A program made the position numbers and the translations under genes. A DNA stretch of 64,000 nucleotides, from positions 41,037-105,036 of the forward strand of contig JBJHBM010000001.1 of assembly GCA_050485485.1 (NCBI GenBank), given 5' to 3'. Of this stretch, positions 29,071 through 38,277 are shown piece after piece (within the stretch, counting starts at the first letter, position 1; every line of letters starts with the position of its first letter). The notes beneath the pieces were generated by a model that did not search any database, was not told the DNA's origin, and saw only the letters and a program-made list of their open reading frames with translations. Origin of the DNA: Alphaproteobacteria bacterium. GTDB taxonomy: Bacteria; Pseudomonadota; Alphaproteobacteria; SMXQ01.

Positions 29071-31041
29071 CTAGCGCCCTCCGGGACCGAAGCGGAAGCT
29101 CAGGCCGGCGAAGGCGGCGAAGCCGGGCGTGCCGTAGCCGTAGAGCTCCTGGTAATGGGTATCGAGCGCGTTCTCGACGCGGGCGAACAGCTCGACCCCC
29201 TCGCGCAGGGACCAGAACATTCCCGCGTTGACCAGCGTGTAGCCGCCGAGACGCACGGGGAACCTGTTGAAGGAATCGTCGAACGCGGTGTCCCGCTGGC
29301 TGCCGTTGTAGCGTACCCCGAGGTTGAACCGCGCCGGCCGCTCGTCCAGGTCGAAGCGGTAGGTGGCGTTGGCGCTCGCGATGTGCTTGGCACGGCGTAT
29401 CAGCGTCACGCTGTTGGCGTCCTGGGCATTCAGGAAGGTGTAGTGGGCGTCGAGCCTGAGGTACGGGGTGGGCTCCGTCGCGAGGCTGACCTCGACGCCC
29501 TGGGTCCGGGTGGTTCCGGGGAGGTTCCTGGCGGTGGAACCGTTGCCGTCGATCAGGTTGCGGATGCGGTTCTGGAAATAGGTGACGTCGGCGATCAGCC
29601 TACCGCCGAAGAAGCCCTTTTCTACGCCCAGATCCCAGCCGATGCCCTCCTCGGGCACGAGATTGGGATTGCCGGTGAAGGTCGGGGTCGAGCCGAACAG
29701 CTCGAACAGGGTCGGGTTCTTGACGCCGCGCCCGACGCTGCCGTGAAGCCGCACGTCCCAGGAATCGATCAGGTAGGCGGCGGTGCCACGCCAGGTCCAC
29801 TGGTCCTTGAACAGGGAATCGTTGTCGTCGTAGCGCAGGCCTCCCGAGAGGAACCAACGCTCGTCCAGGGCAAGGCGGTATTCGCCGGCATAGCTGTAGT
29901 TCTCGACCGACTTGGTGTTGTCGCCGTTGGTCGAGCTCCAGGTGAACTGCTTTTCGTATTCGCGTTCGGCGAGAACGGTCAGGGTATGCTTCGCGCCCCA
30001 TTCCGGGGAGTCGAGAAACACGCTGGTCTGGTAGTCGTACTTGGTCTTGGCGCCGTCCGAGACGAAGGTGAGGGTCCCGGGCGGGCTGCGGAAGTCGGTT
30101 TCGTCGCTGATGTGGCTCGCGCGCACCCGGTGCTCCCACGCGCCGCCGAACAGGCGCCAGTTGGCGCCGACCAGCCCGTACTGCTGGACCGTTTCCGAAT
30201 ATTCGTTGCTGTCGCGCAGCAGGTTTCCGGAGATGGTGGAATCCGCCTGGCGCTGGCTGTCGATCCGCATGCCGACCGCTTCGATGTCGAGCCCGGGAGC
30301 GAGCTGGAGCCCGGCCTTCAGGCGGCCGGTGTAGTTGCGGTAGTGATCGGTCTCGGGATTGTTGTTGCGCGCCTCCGCGATGGAGATGCCGGAGGTCCAG
30401 TGATGGCCGAGCCCGCCCGAGACGTAAAACCTCTCTCCGCCGTAGCCGAGATGGGTGACGCCGTTGACCGTGTTGAAGCTGCCGCCTTCGCCCCGCGCCG
30501 CGCCCGACCACCCGGGTCCCGGCCGCTTGGTCACGATGTTGATGACGCCGCCGATGGCATCCGAGCCGTAGAGTGCGCTCTGCGGGCCGCGCAGCACCTC
30601 GATGCGCGCGATCTCCAGGTTGAGCAGGTTCTGGAAGTCGAATTCGGAGCTCGACGAGGGGTTGTTGACCTCGATCCCGTCGATCAGCACCAGGGTCTGG
30701 TTGCCTTCCGCGCCGCGGATGCGGACCTGGGAGAGGCTGCCCATGCCGCCCGAACGCCCGAAGGCGACGCCGGGCACGTCGCGCAGCACGTCGCCGACGA
30801 AACGGACCTGCCGGTCCTCGAGGTCCTGTTCGGTGAGCACCGTGACGGCGGAGCCGACCTCGCGCGACGGTACCGGCACGTGCGAGGCGGAGACCACCAC
30901 TTCGGGCGCGACGGTGACGTCCTGGGCGTCCTGGGCGTCCTGGGCGCGGGCGGCGCCCGGGCTTCCGAGCAGGGCCGGAGCCGAAAGGATGAGGGTGAGG
31001 GCGCCCGCCGCGCGGCGGGCCGGATGCTTGTCTGCGGTCAT
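29071..31041 (-). CDS. btuB: TonB-dependent receptor, vitamin B12 type
   Basis: EVVVSA TonB box, IRGA...VLIDG, IEVLRGPQSALYGSDAIGGVINI and ENALD..Y; downstream of a cobalamin riboswitch. Confidence 0.87.
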   Translation of the reverse strand: MTADKHPARRAAGALTLILSAPALLGSPGAARAQDAQDAQDVTVAPEVVVSASHVPVPSREVGSAVTVLTEQDLEDRQVRFVGDVLRDVPGVAFGRSGGMGSLSQVRIRGAEGNQTLVLIDGIEVNNPSSSSEFDFQNLLNLEIARIEVLRGPQSALYGSDAIGGVINIVTKRPGPGWSGAARGEGGSFNTVNGVTHLGYGGERFYVSGGLGHHWTSGISIAEARNNNPETDHYRNYTGRLKAGLQLAPGLDIEAVGMRIDSQRQADSTISGNLLRDSNEYSETVQQYGLVGANWRLFGGAWEHRVRASHISDETDFRSPPGTLTFVSDGAKTKYDYQTSVFLDSPEWGAKHTLTVLAEREYEKQFTWSSTNGDNTKSVENYSYAGEYRLALDERWFLSGGLRYDDNDSLFKDQWTWRGTAAYLIDSWDVRLHGSVGRGVKNPTLFELFGSTPTFTGNPNLVPEEGIGWDLGVEKGFFGGRLIADVTYFQNRIRNLIDGNGSTARNLPGTTRTQGVEVSLATEPTPYLRLDAHYTFLNAQDANSVTLIRRAKHIASANATYRFDLDERPARFNLGVRYNGSQRDTAFDDSFNRFPVRLGGYTLVNAGMFWSLREGVELFARVENALDTHYQELYGYGTPGFAAFAGLSFRFGPGGR

Positions 31042-31294
31042 TGATCGTCCCTTTTCCGGATGGATGTCCATGATCGGCAAGGGACGCCGGTGCCTTTCCA
31101 GCCCGCGCGCCCCGTGCCTGGGAACGTGACGCGCAAGGGACCGCCCGCCCCATCAGGGCGGCGGAACAACGATAGAACCGGTGCGGCGAGATACTCTCCC
31201 ACGACGGACCCCCAGCAGCGACACGAAGCCGCGTCACCGCAAACGGCGATCCGTCCCACCGGCACACCCCGGCCCGTGGAAGAGTGACGCTAGC

Positions 31295-31475
31295 GGCGGC
31301 AGGTCTCCTGGCTCGCGGGTCGTCGCTCGTGCCCGGCCTTCCCGGTTTCCCAGTGGCACACGGGGGGCATTCGCTCGCCGCTCACAGTTGCGGGGGCAGC
31401 CAGGGCCGGGTCCGACGATGAAGGGGGACCGTCCCTGTTCCCTTTTGATTCCCTCTCGGGAACCGTCGCTGCGAG
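31295..31475 (-). promoter_or_regulatory. Cobalamin riboswitch
   Basis: Minus strand reads GGTTCCC...AAAAGGGAACAGGG...CTGCCCCCGCAACTGTGAGCGG...GCCACTGGGAAACCGGGAAGG...AGCCAGGAGACCTGCC (B12 box). Confidence 0.93.
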
Positions 31476-31524
31476 GAAGTTAGCGCGGGTGCGCGGCGTC
31501 CGCAACCGTCGTGGTGCGGGCCCG

Positions 31525-32772
31525 CTATTCGGCCGGGGCCGGGGCGCTGCGCTTCCTGGCCATGGGTCCGCGCGGCAGCAGCACCGCCACCACGCACAGG
31601 GCGATGAAGAACATGGTGCTGTAGAACACGTATTCGGGCGGGAAGCGGTCCAGGATGAAGCCCAGCAGCACCGGGGCGAGGGCGCCACCCACGTTCTGGC
31701 CGGTGAAGATGAAGCCGAACACGCGGCCCGAAGCGCCTTCCGGCGTCACCTCGCGCACCATCATGTCGCGCGCCGGGCGCACCACGCCGTGGCAGAAGCC
31801 GGCGAAGCCGAAGAACACCACCAGCAGCGCGTAGTGGAGCGAGAAGAACGTGATGAGCACCACCGCGACGATCGAGAGCGCGTAGATGAGCGCCGCGAAA
31901 TGGTCCTGGCGCTTGACGTGGTCGGCGATCACGCCGCCCGCGAGCACGGCGAAGGAGCTCACGAGCATGTAGGCGCCGACGGCCGCGCCCGCGTCCACCG
32001 CGCTGGTGCCGTGAAGGGCGTTGAGCGCCGGGATCGAGAAGCTGTGGAGCCCGTTGCCGGCGAGCGAGGACATGGCGAAGAAGGTGAACAGCACCAGCAC
32101 CGGGCGCGACAGCAGGAGGTCGCGGTTCTCGGCGAAGCTGCCCCCCTTCTTGCCGTCTTCCCGGGGCTTGCGCTTGACCGGCGCGATGCGGTCGTCCTTG
32201 AGGCTCGACCACTGGGTGACGAGGGTGAGCAGGATCGCGAAGCCGAAGGCGGCGACGATCAGCAGCGCCACGCGCCAGTCCCACAGGGTGGACAGGAAGG
32301 TGATCACGACCGGGGCGGCGGCGAAGCCGAGATGGCCCGAGAAGGTGTGGACCGAGAACGCCCGTGCCATGCGCTTCTCGCTGACCGAGCCGTTGAGGAT
32401 GGCGTAGTCGGCGGGGTGAAACACCGCGTCGCCGATGCCGCCGATGACGACCAGCAGCACCAGCACCCAGTAGTTGGGGGCGAAGGCCATCGCCGCGAAA
32501 GCGGTGACCATCAGGAACATGCCGCCGCTCAGCATGAGCTTGGCGCCGTACCTGTCCACCAGGAAGCCGGCGGGGACCTGCGCCATGCCGGTGGCGATGT
32601 AGCGCAGGCTCAGCATCGCGCCCAGCGCCGTAAAGCTGATCCCCAGGTCCTGGTTCAGGAAGATGAACAGCGCCGGCAGCGCCAGCATGTAGAAGTGGCT
32701 GCAGAAATGGCCGGTGCACACCAGGCTCAGAATCTTGATGTCGTTGCCGACGCCGGCGCTCGCTGCGGACAT
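31525..32772 (-). CDS. MFS transporter, paralog 1 (Fsr-like)
   Basis: GHFCSHFY, AGFLVDRYG, VFHPADY and RPARDMM; about 12 TM helices. Confidence 0.88.
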   Translation of the reverse strand: MSAASAGVGNDIKILSLVCTGHFCSHFYMLALPALFIFLNQDLGISFTALGAMLSLRYIATGMAQVPAGFLVDRYGAKLMLSGGMFLMVTAFAAMAFAPNYWVLVLLVVIGGIGDAVFHPADYAILNGSVSEKRMARAFSVHTFSGHLGFAAAPVVITFLSTLWDWRVALLIVAAFGFAILLTLVTQWSSLKDDRIAPVKRKPREDGKKGGSFAENRDLLLSRPVLVLFTFFAMSSLAGNGLHSFSIPALNALHGTSAVDAGAAVGAYMLVSSFAVLAGGVIADHVKRQDHFAALIYALSIVAVVLITFFSLHYALLVVFFGFAGFCHGVVRPARDMMVREVTPEGASGRVFGFIFTGQNVGGALAPVLLGFILDRFPPEYVFYSTMFFIALCVVAVLLPRGPMARKRSAPAPAE

Positions 32773-32788
32773 GGGCTGTTCCTTGCTG

Positions 32789-34093
32789 CTACCGGGCGGC
32801 CTGCCGGGCCTGCTTGCGCGCGAGCGCCGCCGAGCCCATCACAGCAAACATGCAGATCACCATGAAGATGGCGGAGGTGTAGAACACCCAGGCGGTGACG
32901 CCTACGTCGATCATGAATCCGAACATGATCGGCGCGATGGTGCCGCCGATGGCCTGGCCGGAGAAGACGAAGCCGAACGCCTTGCCGATGGCGCCCTTGG
33001 GACTGGCGGCGCGGATCATCATGTCGCGGGCCGGGCGGATCATGCCCTGAACCCAGCCGGCGAGCGTGAACACGCCCACCAGCACCACGGTGTGGAGCGG
33101 GAACGCGCCCACGACCAGGGCGATGACGGCGGTGAGCAGCAGGGCGCCACCCGCGATCAGCTCGTGGCGGCTGTTCTTGTCGGCGACCACGCCGCCCGCC
33201 AGCACGCCGAAGGCGGACGCGAACAGGAAGCCGGTCAGCGCCGCGCCGGCGATGGCGACCGGAGTGTCGTGCAGCGTCACCAGGCCCGCCACCGACCAGT
33301 TGCGGAACGCGCCCGAGCCGAGCTGCTGCAGGGCGAAGAACAGGAACAGGAGCAGCATCGGCGGCGACAGGATGACCTGCTTGACCGCGACCCAGGTGCT
33401 CATCTCCGCGCCCGCCGCGGCCACCGCCTGGTCGGTCTTCTCCACCTCGGCGGCCTTGGGGGCGGCCTTGGGGGCGGCCTTGCTCTCGTCCTTGGCGGGC
33501 TTGGCAACGCCTTCCTCGATGCGGCTCCACTGGGTCGCCATGCCGATCAGGATGGCGACGCCGACGATGCAGGAGGCCAGCAGCCCGACCCGCCAGTTCC
33601 ACAGCGTTGCCGCGGTGAGGATCACCACCGGCGCCAGCGCGTCGCCGAGGTTGCCGGAGAAGGTGTGCGCGCTGAACGAGCGGCCGATGCGCGATTCGTG
33701 GATGCTGCCGTTGAGGATCGAGTAGTCGGCCGGGTGGAACACCGAGTTGCCGACGCCCGCGATCAGGATGAAGAAGGCGATCAGCCAGAACGAGGTCGTG
33801 ATCGAGACCAGGAAGAAGCACGCGATCAGGATGGCGAAGCCGGTCAGCAGCAGCATCTTGGCGCCGTACTTGTCCACCAGGATGCCGGCGGGAAGCTGCA
33901 TCATGCCCGACGCCATGTTCTTGGCGGCGAGCAGCAGGCCGAGCAGCGTGTAGCTGACTCCGAGGTCGTTGTGCAGGAACGGGAACAGGGGCGGCAGCAC
34001 GGTCGAGAAGTAGTGGCTCATGAAATGGCCGCCCGAGACCAGCCCGATGATCGTGGCGTCCCGCTTGACCGTGCCTGCCGTGGCGTCCGTCAT
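32789..34093 (-). CDS. MFS transporter, paralog 2
   Basis: GHFMSHYF, VFHPADY and RPARDMM; start taken at MTDATAG after GAGGA. Confidence 0.88.
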   Translation of the reverse strand: MTDATAGTVKRDATIIGLVSGGHFMSHYFSTVLPPLFPFLHNDLGVSYTLLGLLLAAKNMASGMMQLPAGILVDKYGAKMLLLTGFAILIACFFLVSITTSFWLIAFFILIAGVGNSVFHPADYSILNGSIHESRIGRSFSAHTFSGNLGDALAPVVILTAATLWNWRVGLLASCIVGVAILIGMATQWSRIEEGVAKPAKDESKAAPKAAPKAAEVEKTDQAVAAAGAEMSTWVAVKQVILSPPMLLLFLFFALQQLGSGAFRNWSVAGLVTLHDTPVAIAGAALTGFLFASAFGVLAGGVVADKNSRHELIAGGALLLTAVIALVVGAFPLHTVVLVGVFTLAGWVQGMIRPARDMMIRAASPKGAIGKAFGFVFSGQAIGGTIAPIMFGFMIDVGVTAWVFYTSAIFMVICMFAVMGSAALARKQARQAAR

Positions 34094-34208
34094 GTTCGTT
34101 TCCTCGTGTTGCCGCGCGTCCTCTGCGGGACGATTCGCGTTACTTCCTGGACCGCTCCGCGCGGGGTCCGGACCGGGACCCGGATAAGGACGTGCGCGGG
34201 CGCGGCGG

Positions 34209-35501
34209 TCATCCGGCGGGCTGTGCCTCCAGCCGCCGCTGGCGCCGCTCATAGTACGCCGAGCCCAGGACCGCGAGCGCGCACATGACCATGAAGAACG
34301 CCGAAGAGATAAAGACCCACATCGGGGCCCCGATGTCGATCAGGAACCCGAAGAACACCGGGGCGATGCCGCCGCCGATGGCCTCGCCCGAGAACACCAG
34401 GCCGACCACCTTGCCCATCGAGCCCTTGGGGCTGGCCGCGCGGATCATCATGTCGCGGGCCGGGCGGATGATGCCCTGGAACAGGCCGGCGACGGTGAAC
34501 ACGAACACCAGCAGGGCGTAGTGCAGGTCCACGTTGGCGACCAGCAGGCAGATGCCGGCGGTCAGGAACAGCGAGCCCGCGGCCAGCATGTCGTGGCGCT
34601 TGTTCCTGTCGGCGACCACGCCGCCCACCAGAACGCCGAAGGCGGAGGCGAACAGGAAGCCGGTGAGGGCGCCGCCTGCGGCGGCCACCGCCGTGCCGTG
34701 GAGCGTGACGAGGCCCGCGACCGAGAAGTTCTTGAAGGCGCCGCCGGCGAGCGAGGTCATGGCGAAGAACAGGAACAGGAACATGATCGCCGGGGAGCGC
34801 AGGATCTGCTGGATCATCTCCCAGGTGGTGGCCTCGCGCTCGGGCGCGGCCGCCGCGCCCACGGACATGGCCGCGACCTCGCTCTTCTTGCGCTTCTTCA
34901 TCTGCTTGGCGATGCCTTCGTGCATCTTGTTCCAGCGGACGAGAAGCCCCGCGATGATGACGAGGCCGACGATGACCGAGACCAGCACGCCGACGCGCCA
35001 GTTCCAGAAGGCGGTCATGGTCAGCAGCGCGACCGGCGCGACCGCCGAGCCGAGGTGGCCGGCGAAGGTGTGGACCGAGAACGACCGGCCGAGCCGGCTC
35101 TCGTGCACCGTGCCGTTGATGATCGAGTAATCGGCGGGATGGAACACCGCGTTGCCGATGCCCGCGATCAGGAACATCAGGGCGATCACCCAGAACGAGG
35201 TGCTGAGCGAGATCACGAAGTAGGCGCCGACGATGATGCCGAGGCCCATCATCAGGAGGATGCGCGCGCCGTACTTGTCCACCATGATGCCGATGGGAAG
35301 CTGGATCGCGCCGGCCGAGATGTGCTTGAGGGTAAGCAGGAGACCGAGCATCGTGTAACTGACGCCGAGGTCGTCGTGGAGGAACGGAAACAGGGGCGGC
35401 AGCATCATGGTGTAGTAGTGGCTCATGAAATGGCCACCCGACACCAAGCCTACGACTTCCACATCCTTGCGCAGCCTGCCCGCGGTTGCGACGTCCGCCA
35501 T
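34209..35501 (-). CDS. MFS transporter, paralog 3
   Basis: GHFMSHYY, VFHPADY and RPARDMM. Confidence 0.88.
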   Translation of the reverse strand: MADVATAGRLRKDVEVVGLVSGGHFMSHYYTMMLPPLFPFLHDDLGVSYTMLGLLLTLKHISAGAIQLPIGIMVDKYGARILLMMGLGIIVGAYFVISLSTSFWVIALMFLIAGIGNAVFHPADYSIINGTVHESRLGRSFSVHTFAGHLGSAVAPVALLTMTAFWNWRVGVLVSVIVGLVIIAGLLVRWNKMHEGIAKQMKKRKKSEVAAMSVGAAAAPEREATTWEMIQQILRSPAIMFLFLFFAMTSLAGGAFKNFSVAGLVTLHGTAVAAAGGALTGFLFASAFGVLVGGVVADRNKRHDMLAAGSLFLTAGICLLVANVDLHYALLVFVFTVAGLFQGIIRPARDMMIRAASPKGSMGKVVGLVFSGEAIGGGIAPVFFGFLIDIGAPMWVFISSAFFMVMCALAVLGSAYYERRQRRLEAQPAG

Positions 35502-35605
35502 GGCGTTTCCTCCTACCCCTACGATGTTCCGCTTTTAGTTAGAGATATTCTAGACCCTGTCGCGGGCGCTACGGAAGTCCCGTGTTGCGGGCCTGCATAA
35601 AACGA

Positions 35606-35638
35606 GATGCCGCCGACGCGAAGAATGCCGGCGGCATC
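35606..35638 (-). terminator. Probable terminator hairpin after the decarboxylase-like gene
   Basis: GATGCCGCCG/CGGCGGCATC stem followed by a short T-run on the minus strand. Confidence 0.55.
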
Positions 35639-35661
35639 GTTAACGGAAAATGAGTTTTTAC

Positions 35662-36651
35662 TCAGATGCGGAATTTGCCGTGCACCACCGGAGGGAACAG
35701 GTCCTCGGGCTTGAGGCGCTTCTGGGCGATGCCCTGCTCGTGGGTCCATTTGAGGAAGGCCTCGAGGGTGGTGCGGTTGTCCTCGATGCCGTAGGGGAAG
35801 TAGTCGTCGCCGAGGAGCTTCATGCGCTGCTCGGCCTCGTAGGTGAGCCACGGCAGCGGCATGCGCGAGGCGGTGATCTCCAGCAGCCGCTCGATCGAGC
35901 GCTGGCGGGCCTTCTCGAAGGCGGTCATCAGGTTGGCGGCAACCCAGGAGTTCCCCTCGAGGATCGACTTCTTGATCGCGATCACGTGCATGATCGGGAA
36001 CACCTTGGTCTTCTTGTAGTAGTCGGCCTCGACCTCGCGGTAGTCCGGGAACAGCCGGCGCACGTCGGGGTGGCCGTCGAGGAAGCTGCGCGGCGCGTGG
36101 GCCGAGAAAGCAGCGTCGAGCTCGCCCGAGGCCAGCATCTCCGAAAGCGACTTGTCGGGCATCGGCGTGACCTTGACGCCCTTGGGCAGCTTCAGCTTGA
36201 CCTTCTCGATGCGTCCCGGCTGGTCGACGCCCGCCTGGCGCCAGTCGATCTCGGAGAGCTTGATGCCGACGTGGTCGGTGAGCCAGCCGCGGGTATAGAC
36301 CGAGGCCGTCTGCGCCCATTCCGGCGTGCCGACGCGCTTGCCCTTGAGGTCCTTCGCGGTCTTGATGCCGGCGTTCTTGTTGACGTAGATGTTCGAGAGC
36401 CGGAACACGCGCGAGGGGAACACCGGCAGGCCGATGATGTCGGGACGGTCGCCCGAAACCTGGGCCACGAACTTGGCGAACGACATCTCCGACAGGTCGA
36501 AGTCGCGGTGCAGCGCCATGCGGTAGAAGATCTCCTCGACCTCGTAGGTCATGAGGTTGAGGTCGATGCCCTCGATCGGCGCGTATTCGGTGCCGACGTC
36601 GCGGATGTGGTCGTACTCGGAACAGGCGAAGTTCAGCTTCAGCTTGGACAT
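35662..36651 (-). CDS. 4,5-dihydroxyphthalate decarboxylase-like protein (Pht5/OphC family)
   Basis: ACSEYD, EEIFYRM, FDLSEMS, PVFPSRVFR, FPIMH and PYGIEDNR motifs; no signal peptide. Confidence 0.8.
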   Translation of the reverse strand: MSKLKLNFACSEYDHIRDVGTEYAPIEGIDLNLMTYEVEEIFYRMALHRDFDLSEMSFAKFVAQVSGDRPDIIGLPVFPSRVFRLSNIYVNKNAGIKTAKDLKGKRVGTPEWAQTASVYTRGWLTDHVGIKLSEIDWRQAGVDQPGRIEKVKLKLPKGVKVTPMPDKSLSEMLASGELDAAFSAHAPRSFLDGHPDVRRLFPDYREVEADYYKKTKVFPIMHVIAIKKSILEGNSWVAANLMTAFEKARQRSIERLLEITASRMPLPWLTYEAEQRMKLLGDDYFPYGIEDNRTTLEAFLKWTHEQGIAQKRLKPEDLFPPVVHGKFRI

Positions 36652-36682
36652 GTCTTCCTCTGGCTGGGACGGGCGGCGGCGC

Positions 36683-38218
36683 TCAGGCCACCGCCGCGCC
36701 GGCGGCGGTCGGGGTGGAGAACAGGAGGGACTTGATGACCAGCGGCACGACGTTGGTGGGCTTGATCATCTCGCCGATGTCCACGAAGTCGAACTCCTTG
36801 AGCGCGACGCCGTCGACCGAGATGATGTCGGCCTTCACGCCGCACTCGCGGGTGAGGATGTTGCCGATGGTCTTGCCGATGTCGCCGTCGAGCATCAGCA
36901 CCAGGGCCTGGCCGCCCTTGATGGTGTTGGGGAGGCCGGCGCAGATGCCGTCCGCCAGGGCCTTGAGGCGCGCGTGCAGCGGGTCGCCGTGCCATTCGAA
37001 GGCGAGCGCCACGGGCTTCTCGCCCTCGTCGTAGTCGAAGCGCTTGAGGGCGGCCCGGATCTCCTCGTCGATCTTGACTGCATCGATCTCGCCCTTGAGC
37101 GAGACGTTGGGGCGCAGGACCGGGATGTTGCGGACCGGCAGGGCGCCTTCGTTGGAGATGTGGATGGTGTTGCCCGACACCTGGACCGAGAACTGTGAGG
37201 CGCCGACCACGGTCGCGCGGATGCCCTGGCCGGGGTCCATCACCTTGTAGGGAATGCGGTCGTCGCCAAGCGCCTCGGCCATGGCCTCGGCGAGATAGCG
37301 GCCGACGTCGTTGTGGTCCTTGGTCTCGCGCTTGTAGATGTACTCCGAGACGCCGCCCGAGAAGGTGATGAAGTCGGGCACCGGCTTCTTGGGCAGGGGC
37401 TCCGTCACCATCAGGTCCTTGGTGATACCCTCGGGGTCCTGCTGCATGACCGCCGGGATCAGGGCGGCGATCATGGTGCGGGCGATCTTGCGGATTTCGT
37501 CTTCGGAGAGCTTCTTGCCCATCTCGAGCTCGACGCCGGCCTTGCGGGCATGGACGAAGGCGGGGCCCTCGATGCGGTTGATGCGGCCGTCGTCATCGAA
37601 GGCGATCAGGCGCCCGCCGACCTCGATCGCGGCGCTCGCGAGCAGGCGCCCGCCGTGGCACAGGCCGAGCTTGGTGGTGCCGCCGCCGACGTCGATGTTG
37701 AGCACGTTCTTGTGCCCCTGGCGCGACAGCGCGATGGCGCCCGAGCCGTGGGCGGCCATGGCGCATTCGAGGTGGTGGCCGGCGGAGGCGCACACGAACT
37801 TGCCCGATTCGGCCGCGAACAGGTGGGTGATGGCCTCGGCGTTCTTGCGTTTGAGCGCCTCGCCGGTGAGGATCACCGCGCCCGAATCGACCTCGTCGCG
37901 CTTGATGCCGGCCTCCTTGTAGCCCGCCTCGATGAACTTCTGCAGGAAGCCCACGTCGATGGTGTTGTCCGGCAGGTAGGGGGTGAGCAGGATCGGCGAG
38001 CGCCACAGCACCTCGCGGTTGACCACGACGAAGCGCGAGCTGAGCGCGGTGGTGAGGCGCTGCATGTGGACCTTGGCGAACATCAGGTGAGAGGTCGAGG
38101 AGCCGACGTCCACGCCGATGGTGACGAGCTCGACGTTGTCCGCCGCCCAGATGGTTTCGGCGATCGCCTTCTCGTCCTCAGGGGTCATATGTCCGTGATC
38201 GAAGCCGAGTTCATGCAT
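36683..38218 (-). CDS. eutA: EutA-like ASKHA ATPase (ethanolamine ammonia-lyase reactivase homolog)
   Basis: GVDVGSSTSH, SPILLTPY, GAVILTGEA, NIDVGGGTTK, IRATVVGASQFSVQVSGNTI and VPLVIKSLLF; no eutB/eutC in the window. Confidence 0.8.
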   Translation of the reverse strand: MHELGFDHGHMTPEDEKAIAETIWAADNVELVTIGVDVGSSTSHLMFAKVHMQRLTTALSSRFVVVNREVLWRSPILLTPYLPDNTIDVGFLQKFIEAGYKEAGIKRDEVDSGAVILTGEALKRKNAEAITHLFAAESGKFVCASAGHHLECAMAAHGSGAIALSRQGHKNVLNIDVGGGTTKLGLCHGGRLLASAAIEVGGRLIAFDDDGRINRIEGPAFVHARKAGVELEMGKKLSEDEIRKIARTMIAALIPAVMQQDPEGITKDLMVTEPLPKKPVPDFITFSGGVSEYIYKRETKDHNDVGRYLAEAMAEALGDDRIPYKVMDPGQGIRATVVGASQFSVQVSGNTIHISNEGALPVRNIPVLRPNVSLKGEIDAVKIDEEIRAALKRFDYDEGEKPVALAFEWHGDPLHARLKALADGICAGLPNTIKGGQALVLMLDGDIGKTIGNILTRECGVKADIISVDGVALKEFDFVDIGEMIKPTNVVPLVIKSLLFSTPTAAGAAVA

Positions 38219-38277
38219 GACGTTTCCGTGGTCCTTTCACTTCACTCTTGATGTTGGGCCGTGCCGGAAAGGCACGG

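Noticed and set aside
30918-30946. 9-bp tandem repeat in btuB (AQDAQDAQD) and 12-bp repeat in tonB near 26091
   Set aside because: In-frame low-complexity linkers; they cannot cause phase-variable frameshifts.
36683-38218. Ethanolamine utilisation/microcompartment locus
   Set aside because: No eutB, eutC or shell-protein genes in the window.
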